DNA of 64,000 nucleotides from assembly GCA_963699755.1 (NCBI GenBank), contig CAVOVB010000006.1, forward strand, positions 64,001-128,000. Direction: 5' to 3'. Below the pieces are notes generated by a model. The model was given only the letters and a program-made list of their open reading frames with translations. It was not told where the DNA came from and made no database searches. Positions 31,181 through 42,456 of the stretch are shown here, in pieces (within the stretch, counting starts at the first letter, position 1; the number at the start of each line of letters is the position of its first letter). Origin of the DNA: an uncultured delta proteobacterium. Lineage in GTDB: Bacteria > Myxococcota_A > Polyangia > Polyangiales > Houyiibacteriaceae. The position numbers and the translations under genes are program-made.

Positions 31181-32341
31181 ATGACCGACGAGAATCCAGA
31201 CAAAGGGCCGCTTTTTGAGCTTCGGGGGGCCCTCGATGTCCTCGATCACGAGCTGCTGGAGTTGCTGGTCCGGCGAATGGACATCGTGGCAGAGATCGCG
31301 GCGCGCAAGCGTTCGCACCGGGTTCGGATTCGCGACCTCGCCCGCGAGCGCCGGGTTCTCGATGATCGCTGCGCCCGCGCCGCGGAGCTGGGGCTATCCG
31401 CCGACAGCGTCGAATCGATCTGGAGGCAGCTCATGCTCATGAGCCGTGAGCGTCAAGCGGCGCTACGCGCGGAGGTGCCGCTCGACGTCGAGGCAAGGTC
31501 GGTGGCGATCATCGGCGGCGAAGGAGGCATGGGGCGTTCGCTCGTCACCTTGTTCTCCGACCTCGGGCACGACGTCTACAGCGCGGACCTCGAAACCGAG
31601 CTTCGACCGGCAGACGCCGCGGCGCAGTCCGACGTGGTGATCATCAGCGTACCCATCCGCGAGACTCGCGCGGTCATCGAGGCGCTCGGCCCTCTCGTTC
31701 GAAAGGATGCGCTCCTCATGGACGTGACGTCGATCAAGACCGACCCGGTAGCGGCGATGCTGGAGTCGACGGAAGCCAGTGTGGTGGGCACCCATCCGAT
31801 GTTCGGCCCAGGGGTCAACACCTACCAAGGGCAGCGAGTTGTGATCTGCCCTGGCCGAGGCGAAGCCTGGCTCGATTGGGTTCGTGAGATGCTCAGCGCC
31901 CGTGGGCTGGTCATCACCGAGTCCACCCCGGCCGAGCACGACTCGAGGATGGCGATCGTGCAGGTCCTGCATCACTTCAAGACGCAGGTGCTTGGGATGG
32001 CGCTGAGCCGAGCGGGTACCCCGCTCGAGGAGACCCTTCGCTTCACCTCCCCTGCATACCTTCTCGAAGCCTACGTGACAGGCCGGCACTTCGCCCAGGA
32101 TCCGGAGCTCTACGGGCCGATCGAGATGCTCAACCCCGACTCGGGGCGGGTGATCGAGATCTTTCGGGGGGCAGCTGCCGATCTGGCGCGGATCCTGGCG
32201 GACGGCGACCAGGACGCCTTTGACCAGGTCTTCGCGGATGTCCGCGCGTTCTTCGGCGACTTCACCGACGAAGCCCTCGAGCAAAGCGGCTTCCTCATCG
32301 ACCGTTTGGTCGAGCTGAGCGCGGGCCGCTCGTCTCTCTAG
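31181..32341 (+). CDS. tyrA: Bifunctional chorismate mutase / prephenate dehydrogenase
   Basis: N-terminal AroQ-type helices (LR..LD..D...R...IA..K, RDLARE); GGEGGMG Rossmann motif, DVTSIK, HPMFGP, HD..MA..Q. Confidence 0.9.
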   Translation: MTDENPDKGPLFELRGALDVLDHELLELLVRRMDIVAEIAARKRSHRVRIRDLARERRVLDDRCARAAELGLSADSVESIWRQLMLMSRERQAALRAEVPLDVEARSVAIIGGEGGMGRSLVTLFSDLGHDVYSADLETELRPADAAAQSDVVIISVPIRETRAVIEALGPLVRKDALLMDVTSIKTDPVAAMLESTEASVVGTHPMFGPGVNTYQGQRVVICPGRGEAWLDWVREMLSARGLVITESTPAEHDSRMAIVQVLHHFKTQVLGMALSRAGTPLEETLRFTSPAYLLEAYVTGRHFAQDPELYGPIEMLNPDSGRVIEIFRGAAADLARILADGDQDAFDQVFADVRAFFGDFTDEALEQSGFLIDRLVELSAGRSSL

Positions 32342-32384
32342 CGAGTCGATTGACGCTCGTCGCTGCATCTGCGATGTCGTGGCC

Positions 32385-33191
32385 ATGGCGCAAGTTGCGA
32401 TACACGGAGCAGCCGGTCGCATGGGGCAAAGCATCGCTGCCGTCTTGGCCGACGACCTCGAAGCAAATCTCGTCGCCGCGATGGACCGTGAAGGCAGCGA
32501 GCTGATCGGTCGAGACATGGGCACACTCACCGGGCGGGCGCCCTCGGGCGTTCGCATCACGTCCGACGTTGAAGAGTTCCTGAGCAACGTCGAGGTCGTC
32601 ATCGACTTCAGCATCGCCTCGGCCACCGCGAAGCTACTGCCGCTTTGTGCCGGCCAACATATCCCCATGGTGATTGGCACGACAGGACTCGATGCTTCAT
32701 CTCGGGCAAGCCTCGAGCGGGCGGCAGAGCGGGTGCCAATCGTCTTCGCCCCAAACTACAGCCAAGGGGTCAACGCCCTGTACTTCCTTGCAGCCCGCGC
32801 TACCGAGCTCCTAGGGCCAGGCTTCGATGCCGAGATCATCGAGCTCCATCACCATCACAAGCTCGATGCGCCGAGCGGTACCGCAGTGCGTCTTGGCGAG
32901 GTGGTGGCCCGGGCAAAGCAGCTCGATCCAGAGCGAGTCGTGACTCACGGGCGCAGCGGCCAGGTCGGCGCGAGGCCGCTCGATGAAGTCGCTGTGATGG
33001 CCCTGCGGGGCGGCGACGTCGTTGGTGAGCACACCCTCTACCTGGTGGGCGAGGGCGAGCGAATCGAGCTCACCCATCGCGCGACCGATCGCGCGATCTT
33101 CGCCCGTGGGGCGGTGCGTGCGGCGCGCTGGGTCTTGGGCCGACCCGCCGGCCTCTATGACATGGCCGACGTCATGGGTATTCCAGGCTAG
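32385..33191 (+). CDS. dapB: 4-hydroxy-tetrahydrodipicolinate reductase
   Basis: GAAGRMG, GTTG, ELHHHHKLDAPSGTA, GGDVVGEH, FARGA. Confidence 0.96.
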   Translation: MAQVAIHGAAGRMGQSIAAVLADDLEANLVAAMDREGSELIGRDMGTLTGRAPSGVRITSDVEEFLSNVEVVIDFSIASATAKLLPLCAGQHIPMVIGTTGLDASSRASLERAAERVPIVFAPNYSQGVNALYFLAARATELLGPGFDAEIIELHHHHKLDAPSGTAVRLGEVVARAKQLDPERVVTHGRSGQVGARPLDEVAVMALRGGDVVGEHTLYLVGEGERIELTHRATDRAIFARGAVRAARWVLGRPAGLYDMADVMGIPG

Positions 33192-33231
33192 GCGCGGTTG
33201 CGAAGGAATTCTGATACGGTAGGGGCGCGTC

Positions 33232-33840
33232 ATGGAATGTCCTCAATGTGGAGCTGAGGTCCCGTCGGACGATGTGTTCTGCGGCAAGTGTGGTTACGCC
33301 CGGCGCGACGAGGGTCCGGAGCGTCTCGATCAGTCGCGTATTCGCGTGCACGAGACTCCGAGTCCGTCGGGAGATGATCGGCCAGGTCGACCCTCGTCTC
33401 GGCAACGCTTTCGCAAGCACACGGTCCTCGGGATACAACCGGGCACACCCACCCCCGAAGCCGGAAGCCCGACCCCGGAGCCCATTTTATCGCCTCCACC
33501 CACCCCGATTTCATCGGCGCGGGGAGAGCGGTCGCGCGGTCGCGCCGCTCAAAAGACGATGCTCGGCATGCAGCCGCCCGAATGGATCGACCCGGTAGGT
33601 GACCGGCCCTCCTCGGAGCAGGTCGATTGGAAGTCGGGCGCTTCGCAGGGTAGCGAAACGGGAACGGCCTCCGATTCGGCGCCTGCCAGTCATCGTGCGC
33701 GCGCCCGGGTCCGTTACGAGAGCGCAGACGAGGCGCTCCCCATCATCGAAAAGAGAAGGAAGGCGATCGGTGGGCTTGCGGTTCTCGTTCTCCTTGCGGC
33801 AGCGTGGCTGGGGTACCGCTATCTGACGTTGAATGGCTAG
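33232..33840 (+). CDS. Zinc-ribbon protein with disordered linker and C-terminal TM anchor
   Basis: CPQC-x10-CGKCG at the N-terminus; Pro/Ser-rich linker; C-terminal TM; overlaps the kinase start. Confidence 0.75.
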   Translation: MECPQCGAEVPSDDVFCGKCGYARRDEGPERLDQSRIRVHETPSPSGDDRPGRPSSRQRFRKHTVLGIQPGTPTPEAGSPTPEPILSPPPTPISSARGERSRGRAAQKTMLGMQPPEWIDPVGDRPSSEQVDWKSGASQGSETGTASDSAPASHRARARVRYESADEALPIIEKRRKAIGGLAVLVLLAAAWLGYRYLTLNG

Positions 33841-35743
33841 TACCGCCTCAGACAGCCCGGCATTGTGCACGGCCTGCGACAAGAGCAACCCACCGGGGTC
33901 GAAGTTCTGCGGGAAGTGCGGAACCTTGCTGGGCGCTTGGTTGCTAAAGCCCGGCGACATCATCGCAGAGCGCTACCGCGTGGTTGCGCCCATCGGACGG
34001 GGTGCGATGGGGACGGTGTATCGAGTCGAGCACACGCAGATCAGCAAGGTGATGGCGATCAAGCTGCTGCACCGAGAGCTTCAGGAAGACCCCGAGAACG
34101 TCGCTCGCTTCCATCGCGAAGCGGAGTCCGCCTCGCGTCTCAACCACCCGAACACCGTTCATGTGTTCGACTTCGGCCGGACCGAGTCCGGCTCGCTCTA
34201 CCTCGTGATGGAGTATGTCGACGGAGACGATCTGTCGAAAGTTCTCGAGAAGGATGGCGCGATGGCGTTCGGACGCGTGGCATACCTTTGCGCGCAGGTG
34301 GCCGGCTCCGTCGCGGATGCGCACGCGGCTGGCATCGTCCACCGAGACCTCAAGCCGGAGAACATCGTCGTTGCCGAAGGGCGCGATGGCGAGACCGCGA
34401 AGGTGCTGGATTTTGGGCTTGCTAAGCTCTTCGAAGGCAACGTCGAGAAGCAAGTGACGAGCAGCGGCACCATCGTGGGGACCCCACACTACATGTCGCC
34501 CGAGCAAATCCAGGGACAAGGGTTGGACGGGCGAAGCGACATCTACGCAATGGGTGCCATCATGTACGAATGCGTCGTCGGCCATCCGCCGTTCGAGGCG
34601 CCCAATCCCGTTGGCGTGCTTTCGAAGCACCTATTGGAAGAGGCGTCGGTTCCTTCGGGCCGCTCGCCGCTCTCCGTGCCCACCGAGGCCGACGCGATCA
34701 TCATGCGCTGCCTTCAAAAAGACCCCAAGCTGCGCTACCAGACCGCGGAGGAGCTTCGGCAAGACTTGGTCGAATATCTGATGACCGTCGGATCCGGAGA
34801 TTGGCGACTGAGCGGAGTGGGGCAGGCGCCGTTCAGCGGTGGCGCGCGTCGCGTCGACAAGCTCGCCTCGCTTTTCCCGCGCAAGCGAGGACTCTGGTGG
34901 ACTCTGTTGCTCTTGGTCCTGGCTGGCGGCGGTGTGCTCGCCTGGCAACTCGCGAGCCAGGGCCCCTCGGAGAAGGAACCCAACCACAGAGTGAAGAACG
35001 CGACCCGCCTTCCCGAGGACACCGAGATGGAAGCGTATCTCGGGCAGCGCCTCAGCGAGGACTCGAGCGATGTCGATCTCTTCGAGATTCAGCACGTCGG
35101 GAGCGAGCGACGTGCGGCGGAGCTGGAGGTCAGCGCGATCCCCAACATCGACGTGCTCGTCGAGCTTCTGAGGCCAGACCAGGACGAACCTTTGATCGTG
35201 GCCGACTCCCGGGGTCTCGGCCAGGGTGAACGGCTGCCCAACGTTCCAATCGAGCACGGGAAGTACTTGATCCGCGTGCGTGAACAGAGGGCAGAGGGTG
35301 AGCTCCCGACCGAGAACGTTTCCGATCCCTACTACGTTCGGTGGCGGCTACTCGATGATGATGCGACGTTCGAGCACGAGCCCAACGATTCGCTCGAGCT
35401 TGCCGAGCGCCTCGGGCTCGGCGCTGAGCGGCGCGCTTGGATCGGTTGGCCGGGCGACGTGGATACCTTCTGTCTGGATGTCGATGCCGAGGGAGTCATC
35501 GCGCAAGTCAGCGCGCTCGGAGAGGTGGATTTGGTTCTTCGCGTCGTCGAACGGCGAACCGACCGGAGCGGGAAGTACGATGACAACGGCGTCGGGCGCG
35601 GTGAAACGAGCGAGACCTGGCGCAACGCCGAAGCCGGCAAGCTCTGCGTCGAGGTGTCCGCCGATCCGTGGGAAGAAAGTGGCCTGCTTGCGCAGCCCGA
35701 CCAGACCTACGGCGTGCGGTTCATCATTGCCCCTGGACTCTAG
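33833..35743 (+). CDS. Membrane Ser/Thr protein kinase (zinc ribbon-kinase-TM-extracellular PPC-like repeats)
   Basis: CTAC...CGKCG; GRGAMG, AIK, HRDLKPEN, DFG, GTPHYMSPE; TM helix; two E-x-EPN(H/D) motifs. Confidence 0.92.
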   Translation: MASTASDSPALCTACDKSNPPGSKFCGKCGTLLGAWLLKPGDIIAERYRVVAPIGRGAMGTVYRVEHTQISKVMAIKLLHRELQEDPENVARFHREAESASRLNHPNTVHVFDFGRTESGSLYLVMEYVDGDDLSKVLEKDGAMAFGRVAYLCAQVAGSVADAHAAGIVHRDLKPENIVVAEGRDGETAKVLDFGLAKLFEGNVEKQVTSSGTIVGTPHYMSPEQIQGQGLDGRSDIYAMGAIMYECVVGHPPFEAPNPVGVLSKHLLEEASVPSGRSPLSVPTEADAIIMRCLQKDPKLRYQTAEELRQDLVEYLMTVGSGDWRLSGVGQAPFSGGARRVDKLASLFPRKRGLWWTLLLLVLAGGGVLAWQLASQGPSEKEPNHRVKNATRLPEDTEMEAYLGQRLSEDSSDVDLFEIQHVGSERRAAELEVSAIPNIDVLVELLRPDQDEPLIVADSRGLGQGERLPNVPIEHGKYLIRVREQRAEGELPTENVSDPYYVRWRLLDDDATFEHEPNDSLELAERLGLGAERRAWIGWPGDVDTFCLDVDAEGVIAQVSALGEVDLVLRVVERRTDRSGKYDDNGVGRGETSETWRNAEAGKLCVEVSADPWEESGLLAQPDQTYGVRFIIAPGL

Positions 35744-37929
<2,186 letters not shown>

Positions 37930-38002
37930 GCCGCCGGGCCCTCGGATTCCATTGACGAGCTTCTGGCGCCGGGGTATGGCCCGACCTCCGAAAGGCAGGG
38001 GC

Positions 38003-39553
38003 ATGACAGAGATCAAACGCGCACTGATATCGGTCTCCGACAAGACGGGCGTCCTCGAGTTCGCCAAGGGGCTCTCCGAAGCTGGCGTCGAGATACTGTC
38101 TACTGGCGGCACCGCCCAGGCGCTTCGCGAAGGCGGAGTTTCGGTCATCGACGTCTCGGAGTACACCGGGTCGCCCGAGATCATGGACGGTCGCGTCAAG
38201 ACCCTGCATCCGCGAGTCCATGGCGGGATCCTCATGCGTGATAGCAGCGAGGATCGCGATGCCCTCGGCGGCATTGGCGGCAAGCCGATCGATCTGGTCT
38301 GCGTCAATCTCTATCCCTTCGAGCAGACGGTCGCGCGAGGAGCGTCTCATGAAGAGACCATCGAAAACATCGACATCGGCGGCCCGTCGATGGTGCGAAG
38401 CGCCGCCAAGAATCAGGCGCGCGTCACGGTGGTCACCGAGCCCGGCGACTACGACGAGGTGCTCGCCGCCGTGAAATCCGGTGACGGCCCGAACGCTTCA
38501 CTGCGCGCGCGGCTTGCCGCCAAGGCCTTCGCCCAAACTGCGGCCTATGACGGTGCCATCTCGGCCTACCTGACCTCTCAGGGCAGCGATTCCAAGTTCC
38601 CTGGTGCGCTGACCTTGAGCTTCATCAAGGCCTACGATGTTCGCTACGGTGAAAACCCGCACCAGCAGGGCGCCTTCTACGTCGAGCGCAATGCTCCTGC
38701 AGGAAGCTTGGCCTTGGCGGAGTCACTTGGCGCAGGCGGTAAGGAGCTCTCGTTCAACAACTTGGTCGACGTCGACGCCACCATCGAGGCGGTGCGCGAG
38801 TTCGAAGGGCCTGCCGCGGTCGTCGTGAAGCACACCAACCCCTGCGGCGTCGCAACCGCTGCGACCCTCGAAGAGGCATATCGCATCGCCCGCGAGGCCG
38901 ACGCACAGAGCGCCTTTGGCGGAATCGTTGCCGTGAACCGCGAGGTCGACCAGGCGACGGCCGACGCGGTCGCCGAGACCTTCATCGAGTGCATCATCGC
39001 CCCTAGTTTCGCGCCTGCCGCGCTCGACCGGCTCCAGAAGAAGAAGAACCTTCGCATCCTCGCGACGGGCGAATGGCTCCGAGCGGACTATGCGGCGCTC
39101 CAGTTCAAGAGAGTTGGTGGTGGCATGGTGGTTCAGGATCGCGACGCAACCGGGCCGAGCGAGGTTCGCGCTGGGAGGGTGGTTACCAAGCGTCAGCCGA
39201 CCGACGACGAGATGCGCGCGCTCGACTTCGCATGGCGCGTTTGCAAGCACGTCAAGTCGAACGCGATCGTCTTCGCCAAGCCCGACCGGACGGTGGGCGT
39301 GGGCGCCGGCCAGATGGCCCGCGTGACCGCGGTTGGAATTGCAGCACAGAAGGCGGGCGAGCTCTCCAAGGGCGCCGTCATGGCCTCAGACGCATTCTTT
39401 CCCTTCCCGGACGGCATCGAAGCCGCCGCCGCAGTAGGCATTACCGCGATTGTTCACCCCGGCGGCTCCAAAGGCGACGACAAAGTCGTCGCCGCAGCCG
39501 ACGCCGCCGACATGGCAATGGTCTTTACCGGCGTTCGTCACTTCCGGCACTGA
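38003..39553 (+). CDS. purH: Bifunctional AICAR transformylase / IMP cyclohydrolase
   Basis: ALISVSDKTG, GRVKTLHP, IDIGGPS, YGENPHQ, KHTNPCG, SDAFFPF, RHFRH. Confidence 0.97.
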   Translation: MTEIKRALISVSDKTGVLEFAKGLSEAGVEILSTGGTAQALREGGVSVIDVSEYTGSPEIMDGRVKTLHPRVHGGILMRDSSEDRDALGGIGGKPIDLVCVNLYPFEQTVARGASHEETIENIDIGGPSMVRSAAKNQARVTVVTEPGDYDEVLAAVKSGDGPNASLRARLAAKAFAQTAAYDGAISAYLTSQGSDSKFPGALTLSFIKAYDVRYGENPHQQGAFYVERNAPAGSLALAESLGAGGKELSFNNLVDVDATIEAVREFEGPAAVVVKHTNPCGVATAATLEEAYRIAREADAQSAFGGIVAVNREVDQATADAVAETFIECIIAPSFAPAALDRLQKKKNLRILATGEWLRADYAALQFKRVGGGMVVQDRDATGPSEVRAGRVVTKRQPTDDEMRALDFAWRVCKHVKSNAIVFAKPDRTVGVGAGQMARVTAVGIAAQKAGELSKGAVMASDAFFPFPDGIEAAAAVGITAIVHPGGSKGDDKVVAAADAADMAMVFTGVRHFRH

Positions 39554-39555
39554 CG

Positions 39556-40824
39556 ATGCGTATTCTCATCGTTGGAGGAGGAGGGCGTGAACACGCTCTT
39601 GCATGGCGTCTGTCCCAAGATGCGGGAGTCGAAATCATTGGCGCGCCAGGCAACGCAGGCATTGCTGCCATCGGCCGCACGGTCGCCGTGGACCCGACCG
39701 ACGCCGAGGAAGTCGTCGCGCTCGCCAAGCGAGAGTCAGCAGACTTGGTGGTCATCGGACCTGAAGCCCCACTGGTCGCCGGCGTCGTCGATGCGCTTCG
39801 AGACAATGGCATCGATGCCTTTGGTCCCGATCGTGAGGCCGCGCAGCTCGAAGGCTCCAAGATCTTCTCTAAGGAGTTCATGGCGCGCCACGAGATTCCG
39901 ACCGCAGGCTTCACCGTCTTCGATGATCCGGATGCGGCGACGCGGTACATCGAGGATGCGAACCGTCCACTGGTCGTGAAGGCGGACGGCTTGGCTGCAG
40001 GCAAGGGAGTGATCGTCGCCAGAAACGCGGCAGAAGCCATTGCGGGCGTCGACCAAATCATGCGTGAGCGCGCCTTTGGCGATGCGGGCGATCGCGTCCT
40101 GATCGAGGAGTGCCTCGTCGGTCAGGAGGTGAGCTACCACGTCGTGTCCGATGGCGAGCGATTCATTCCTTTGGCTCCGGCTCAAGATCACAAGCGCGCC
40201 TTCGACGGCGACAGGGGCCCCAATACGGGAGGAATGGGCGCTTACTCGCCGCCGCCCGTCGTTACGCCCGATGTTGAGCAGAAGATCCTCGACCGGGTCA
40301 TCGAGCCGACGCTGCGTGGCATGGCAGCCGAAGGGCGTCCGTTCCGCGGCGCGCTCTTCGTGGGGTTGATGATCGTGGACGGCGAGCCCCTGGTCCTCGA
40401 ATACAACACGCGCTTCGGCGACCCCGAGTGCCAGACTCTGATGACTCGCTGGAAGGGCTCGGTCCTGCCGCTCATTCAAGGGTCGGCGCGTGGTGATTTT
40501 CGAGACCTCGCGCTTGAGTGGGAGGCCCCTGCTTCGCTCTGCGTCGTGCTGGCTGCGGGCGGGTACCCGGGCAGCTACGAAAAGGGAACACCCATCCACG
40601 GCCTCGATGAAGCGTCGGCGATCCCACAGGTTACGGTGTTCCATGCGGGCACCGCGCTCGAGGGCGATGCGGTGGTCACCGCGGGTGGACGGGTGCTCTC
40701 GGTCACGGCCGTCGGCGAAACCATCGACGCAGCGGCCCAACGCGCCTATGAAGCCGTCGACAAGATCGATTTCGAAGGCAAGCAGCTCCGCCGGGACATC
40801 GGCTGGCGGGCCCGCAGCCATTGA
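39556..40824 (+). CDS. purD: Phosphoribosylamine-glycine ligase
   Basis: True start MRILIVGGGGREHA at 39556; KADGLAAGKGV, QDHKR, GPNTGGMG, RFGDPE. Confidence 0.97.
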   Translation: MRILIVGGGGREHALAWRLSQDAGVEIIGAPGNAGIAAIGRTVAVDPTDAEEVVALAKRESADLVVIGPEAPLVAGVVDALRDNGIDAFGPDREAAQLEGSKIFSKEFMARHEIPTAGFTVFDDPDAATRYIEDANRPLVVKADGLAAGKGVIVARNAAEAIAGVDQIMRERAFGDAGDRVLIEECLVGQEVSYHVVSDGERFIPLAPAQDHKRAFDGDRGPNTGGMGAYSPPPVVTPDVEQKILDRVIEPTLRGMAAEGRPFRGALFVGLMIVDGEPLVLEYNTRFGDPECQTLMTRWKGSVLPLIQGSARGDFRDLALEWEAPASLCVVLAAGGYPGSYEKGTPIHGLDEASAIPQVTVFHAGTALEGDAVVTAGGRVLSVTAVGETIDAAAQRAYEAVDKIDFEGKQLRRDIGWRARSH

Positions 40825-41402
40825 TGGACGAGCTTGCCATGCTCGTGCGGGTTCTCGAGCGGGGCGGTGTCGTTGCCTGTCCGACCGAAACCTGGCTCGG
40901 CCTTCTCGCCGACGCGCAAAACGAAGAGGCGGTCGAACGGGTCGCTGCGCTCAAGGGACGGCCTGCCGATATGCCGATCGCTTTGCTTTTGCCGGATATG
41001 GCTTCGCTGGCGCGGGTCGCGGAGCCCCCGTCACCAGCGGCTCGGGCGCTCATGCTCGCTCATTGGCCCGGCCCGTTGACGATACTCCTAACGGTGAAGC
41101 CCGGCTTGAGCCCGCGCCTGAGCCGTGACGGCAAGATCGGCGTTCGAGTCCCCGGCCGTAGTCCGGCAGCAGAGCTGGTGCGGGCGTTCGGTCGTCCCCT
41201 GACCGCGACCAGCGCCAACAGGACTGGAGAGCCGCCGCTCGCAAGCGTCGACGAGCTGCCCCCCGAGCTCGCGGCGGGGCTCGGGGGGCGGGTAGCCGGT
41301 ACTTCCCCTGGAGGCGCCCCGTCGACTTTGATCGACTCTACTCGGACCCCGATGGAGGTCATCCGAGCGGGCGCGATCGACATCGACCCAACTGCTCTTT
41401 GA
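40824..41402 (+). CDS. tsaC: L-threonylcarbamoyladenylate synthase (TsaC/YrdC)
   Basis: PTET, LKGRP, WPGPLT, TATSAN, PSTLID. Confidence 0.9.
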   Translation: MDELAMLVRVLERGGVVACPTETWLGLLADAQNEEAVERVAALKGRPADMPIALLLPDMASLARVAEPPSPAARALMLAHWPGPLTILLTVKPGLSPRLSRDGKIGVRVPGRSPAAELVRAFGRPLTATSANRTGEPPLASVDELPPELAAGLGGRVAGTSPGGAPSTLIDSTRTPMEVIRAGAIDIDPTAL

Positions 41403-41445
41403 CAGAGGCGGGGATGCTGCGTCACTCTTCGCCAACGGAGGACCG

Positions 41446-41709
41446 ATGGCGCTGATCGAAACCCAGGAAGCCGCACGTCGCTTGGCACGAGCGATCTCGA
41501 GTGACCTTGCTCTCTACAATGAAGACAAGATCGCCGAGGGCATTCGCAACGACAGTCTTTTCGAAGTGATGGCGGAGGAAATTCAGGAGGGACGCGACCT
41601 TTACCAGAGCCGCGTCGCGCCCGAGCTGCTGGGGTGCAACCTCTACGATCGCGCGATCATCGATCTTCTCGTCCGCTCCAAGGCCCACGTCGAATCGCCG
41701 ATCTGGTAG
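41446..41709 (+). CDS. romX: Small RomX-like polarity protein
   Basis: GGAGG SD; 87 aa RLARAISSDLALYN...EEIQEGRDLYQSRV...RSKAHVESPIW closely resembles my recollection of M. xanthus RomX; not verified by search. Confidence 0.7.
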   Translation: MALIETQEAARRLARAISSDLALYNEDKIAEGIRNDSLFEVMAEEIQEGRDLYQSRVAPELLGCNLYDRAIIDLLVRSKAHVESPIW

Positions 41710-41722
41710 GCCGACGATCACG

Positions 41723-42444
41723 ATGACCCCCCTCCATATCAGGCGGCTGGCCGGGGCTGCCTGCTTTGTTTTCGTCTTTTTTGTTCGGCCTCCGGGTGCA
41801 ACGATGAGGCCAGTCCGACTGCTGGTACCGGGGGTACGGCTGGGACTGCTGGGATAGGCGGCGACGGAGGCAAGGGGGGCATGGAGCCCCCTCAGATCGT
41901 CGGGCTTTGGGAGGGTCACAACGTTGGGGTCGACGTCTGCTTTTACATCAGCGACGACGGTCTGACCCTCACCAAGAACCTCGACTGCAGCCTCAGCGAA
42001 GATTCGGAGCACTCCTTTGACCTGGGCGCGGACCTCGGCGGAATCGACGAGAACGGGCAACCCTGCAGCTTCGAGCTTCGCTACGACGAAGAGGTCGCGA
42101 TCGATCAGGACCGGAATTCCTTTCGCGCATCCATCGTGGAGCCGCCGGGCAGCGGTGTCACGCTTTCGTTCTCGGGGGAGCTCGTAGGGGAAGTCGCCTC
42201 GGGCACCGCGCAAAGAGAAGAGGGCGGTTCGTTTTGCCGCGCAGGGTGGGGGGCGTCGCCATCGAGTGAATGCGACGATGGGGCACGGGACACCTGTCTC
42301 AACCTCCTCGACTGCTGTAGGGCGATTCTCGTCAACCCGGTCTTCTTCCAGAGCTGCCAGTCGGTCGCGGATGCATGTGACGAAAGGCGCTGCCAGGAGC
42401 TCCTCGATGGCTATCCGCAGTGCGAGCCCGCGCCGGAGCCCTAG
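41723..42444 (+). pseudogene. Cys-containing lipoprotein gene with an apparent 1-nt frameshift in its signal peptide (intact ORF only from 41881)
   Basis: ATG 41723 gives MTPLHIRRLAGAACFVFVFF; the adjacent frame continues SASGCNDEASPTAGTGG into the 41881 ORF; junction at the T6 run 41777-41782. Confidence 0.6.
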
Positions 42445-42456
42445 TCTCGGCGCCCG

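Noticed and set aside
37930..38002. ZMP/ZTP riboswitch upstream of purH
   Set aside because: The spacer is only 73 nt and is largely occupied by a TTGACG-N17-TATGGC promoter-like sequence; no aptamer is recognisable
39073..39555. N-terminal extension of PurD in the ORF track (likewise the long upstream extensions at 8015, 13557, 48485, 52079, 55763)
   Set aside because: These extensions overlap upstream genes or promoters; family homology begins at the downstream starts used above
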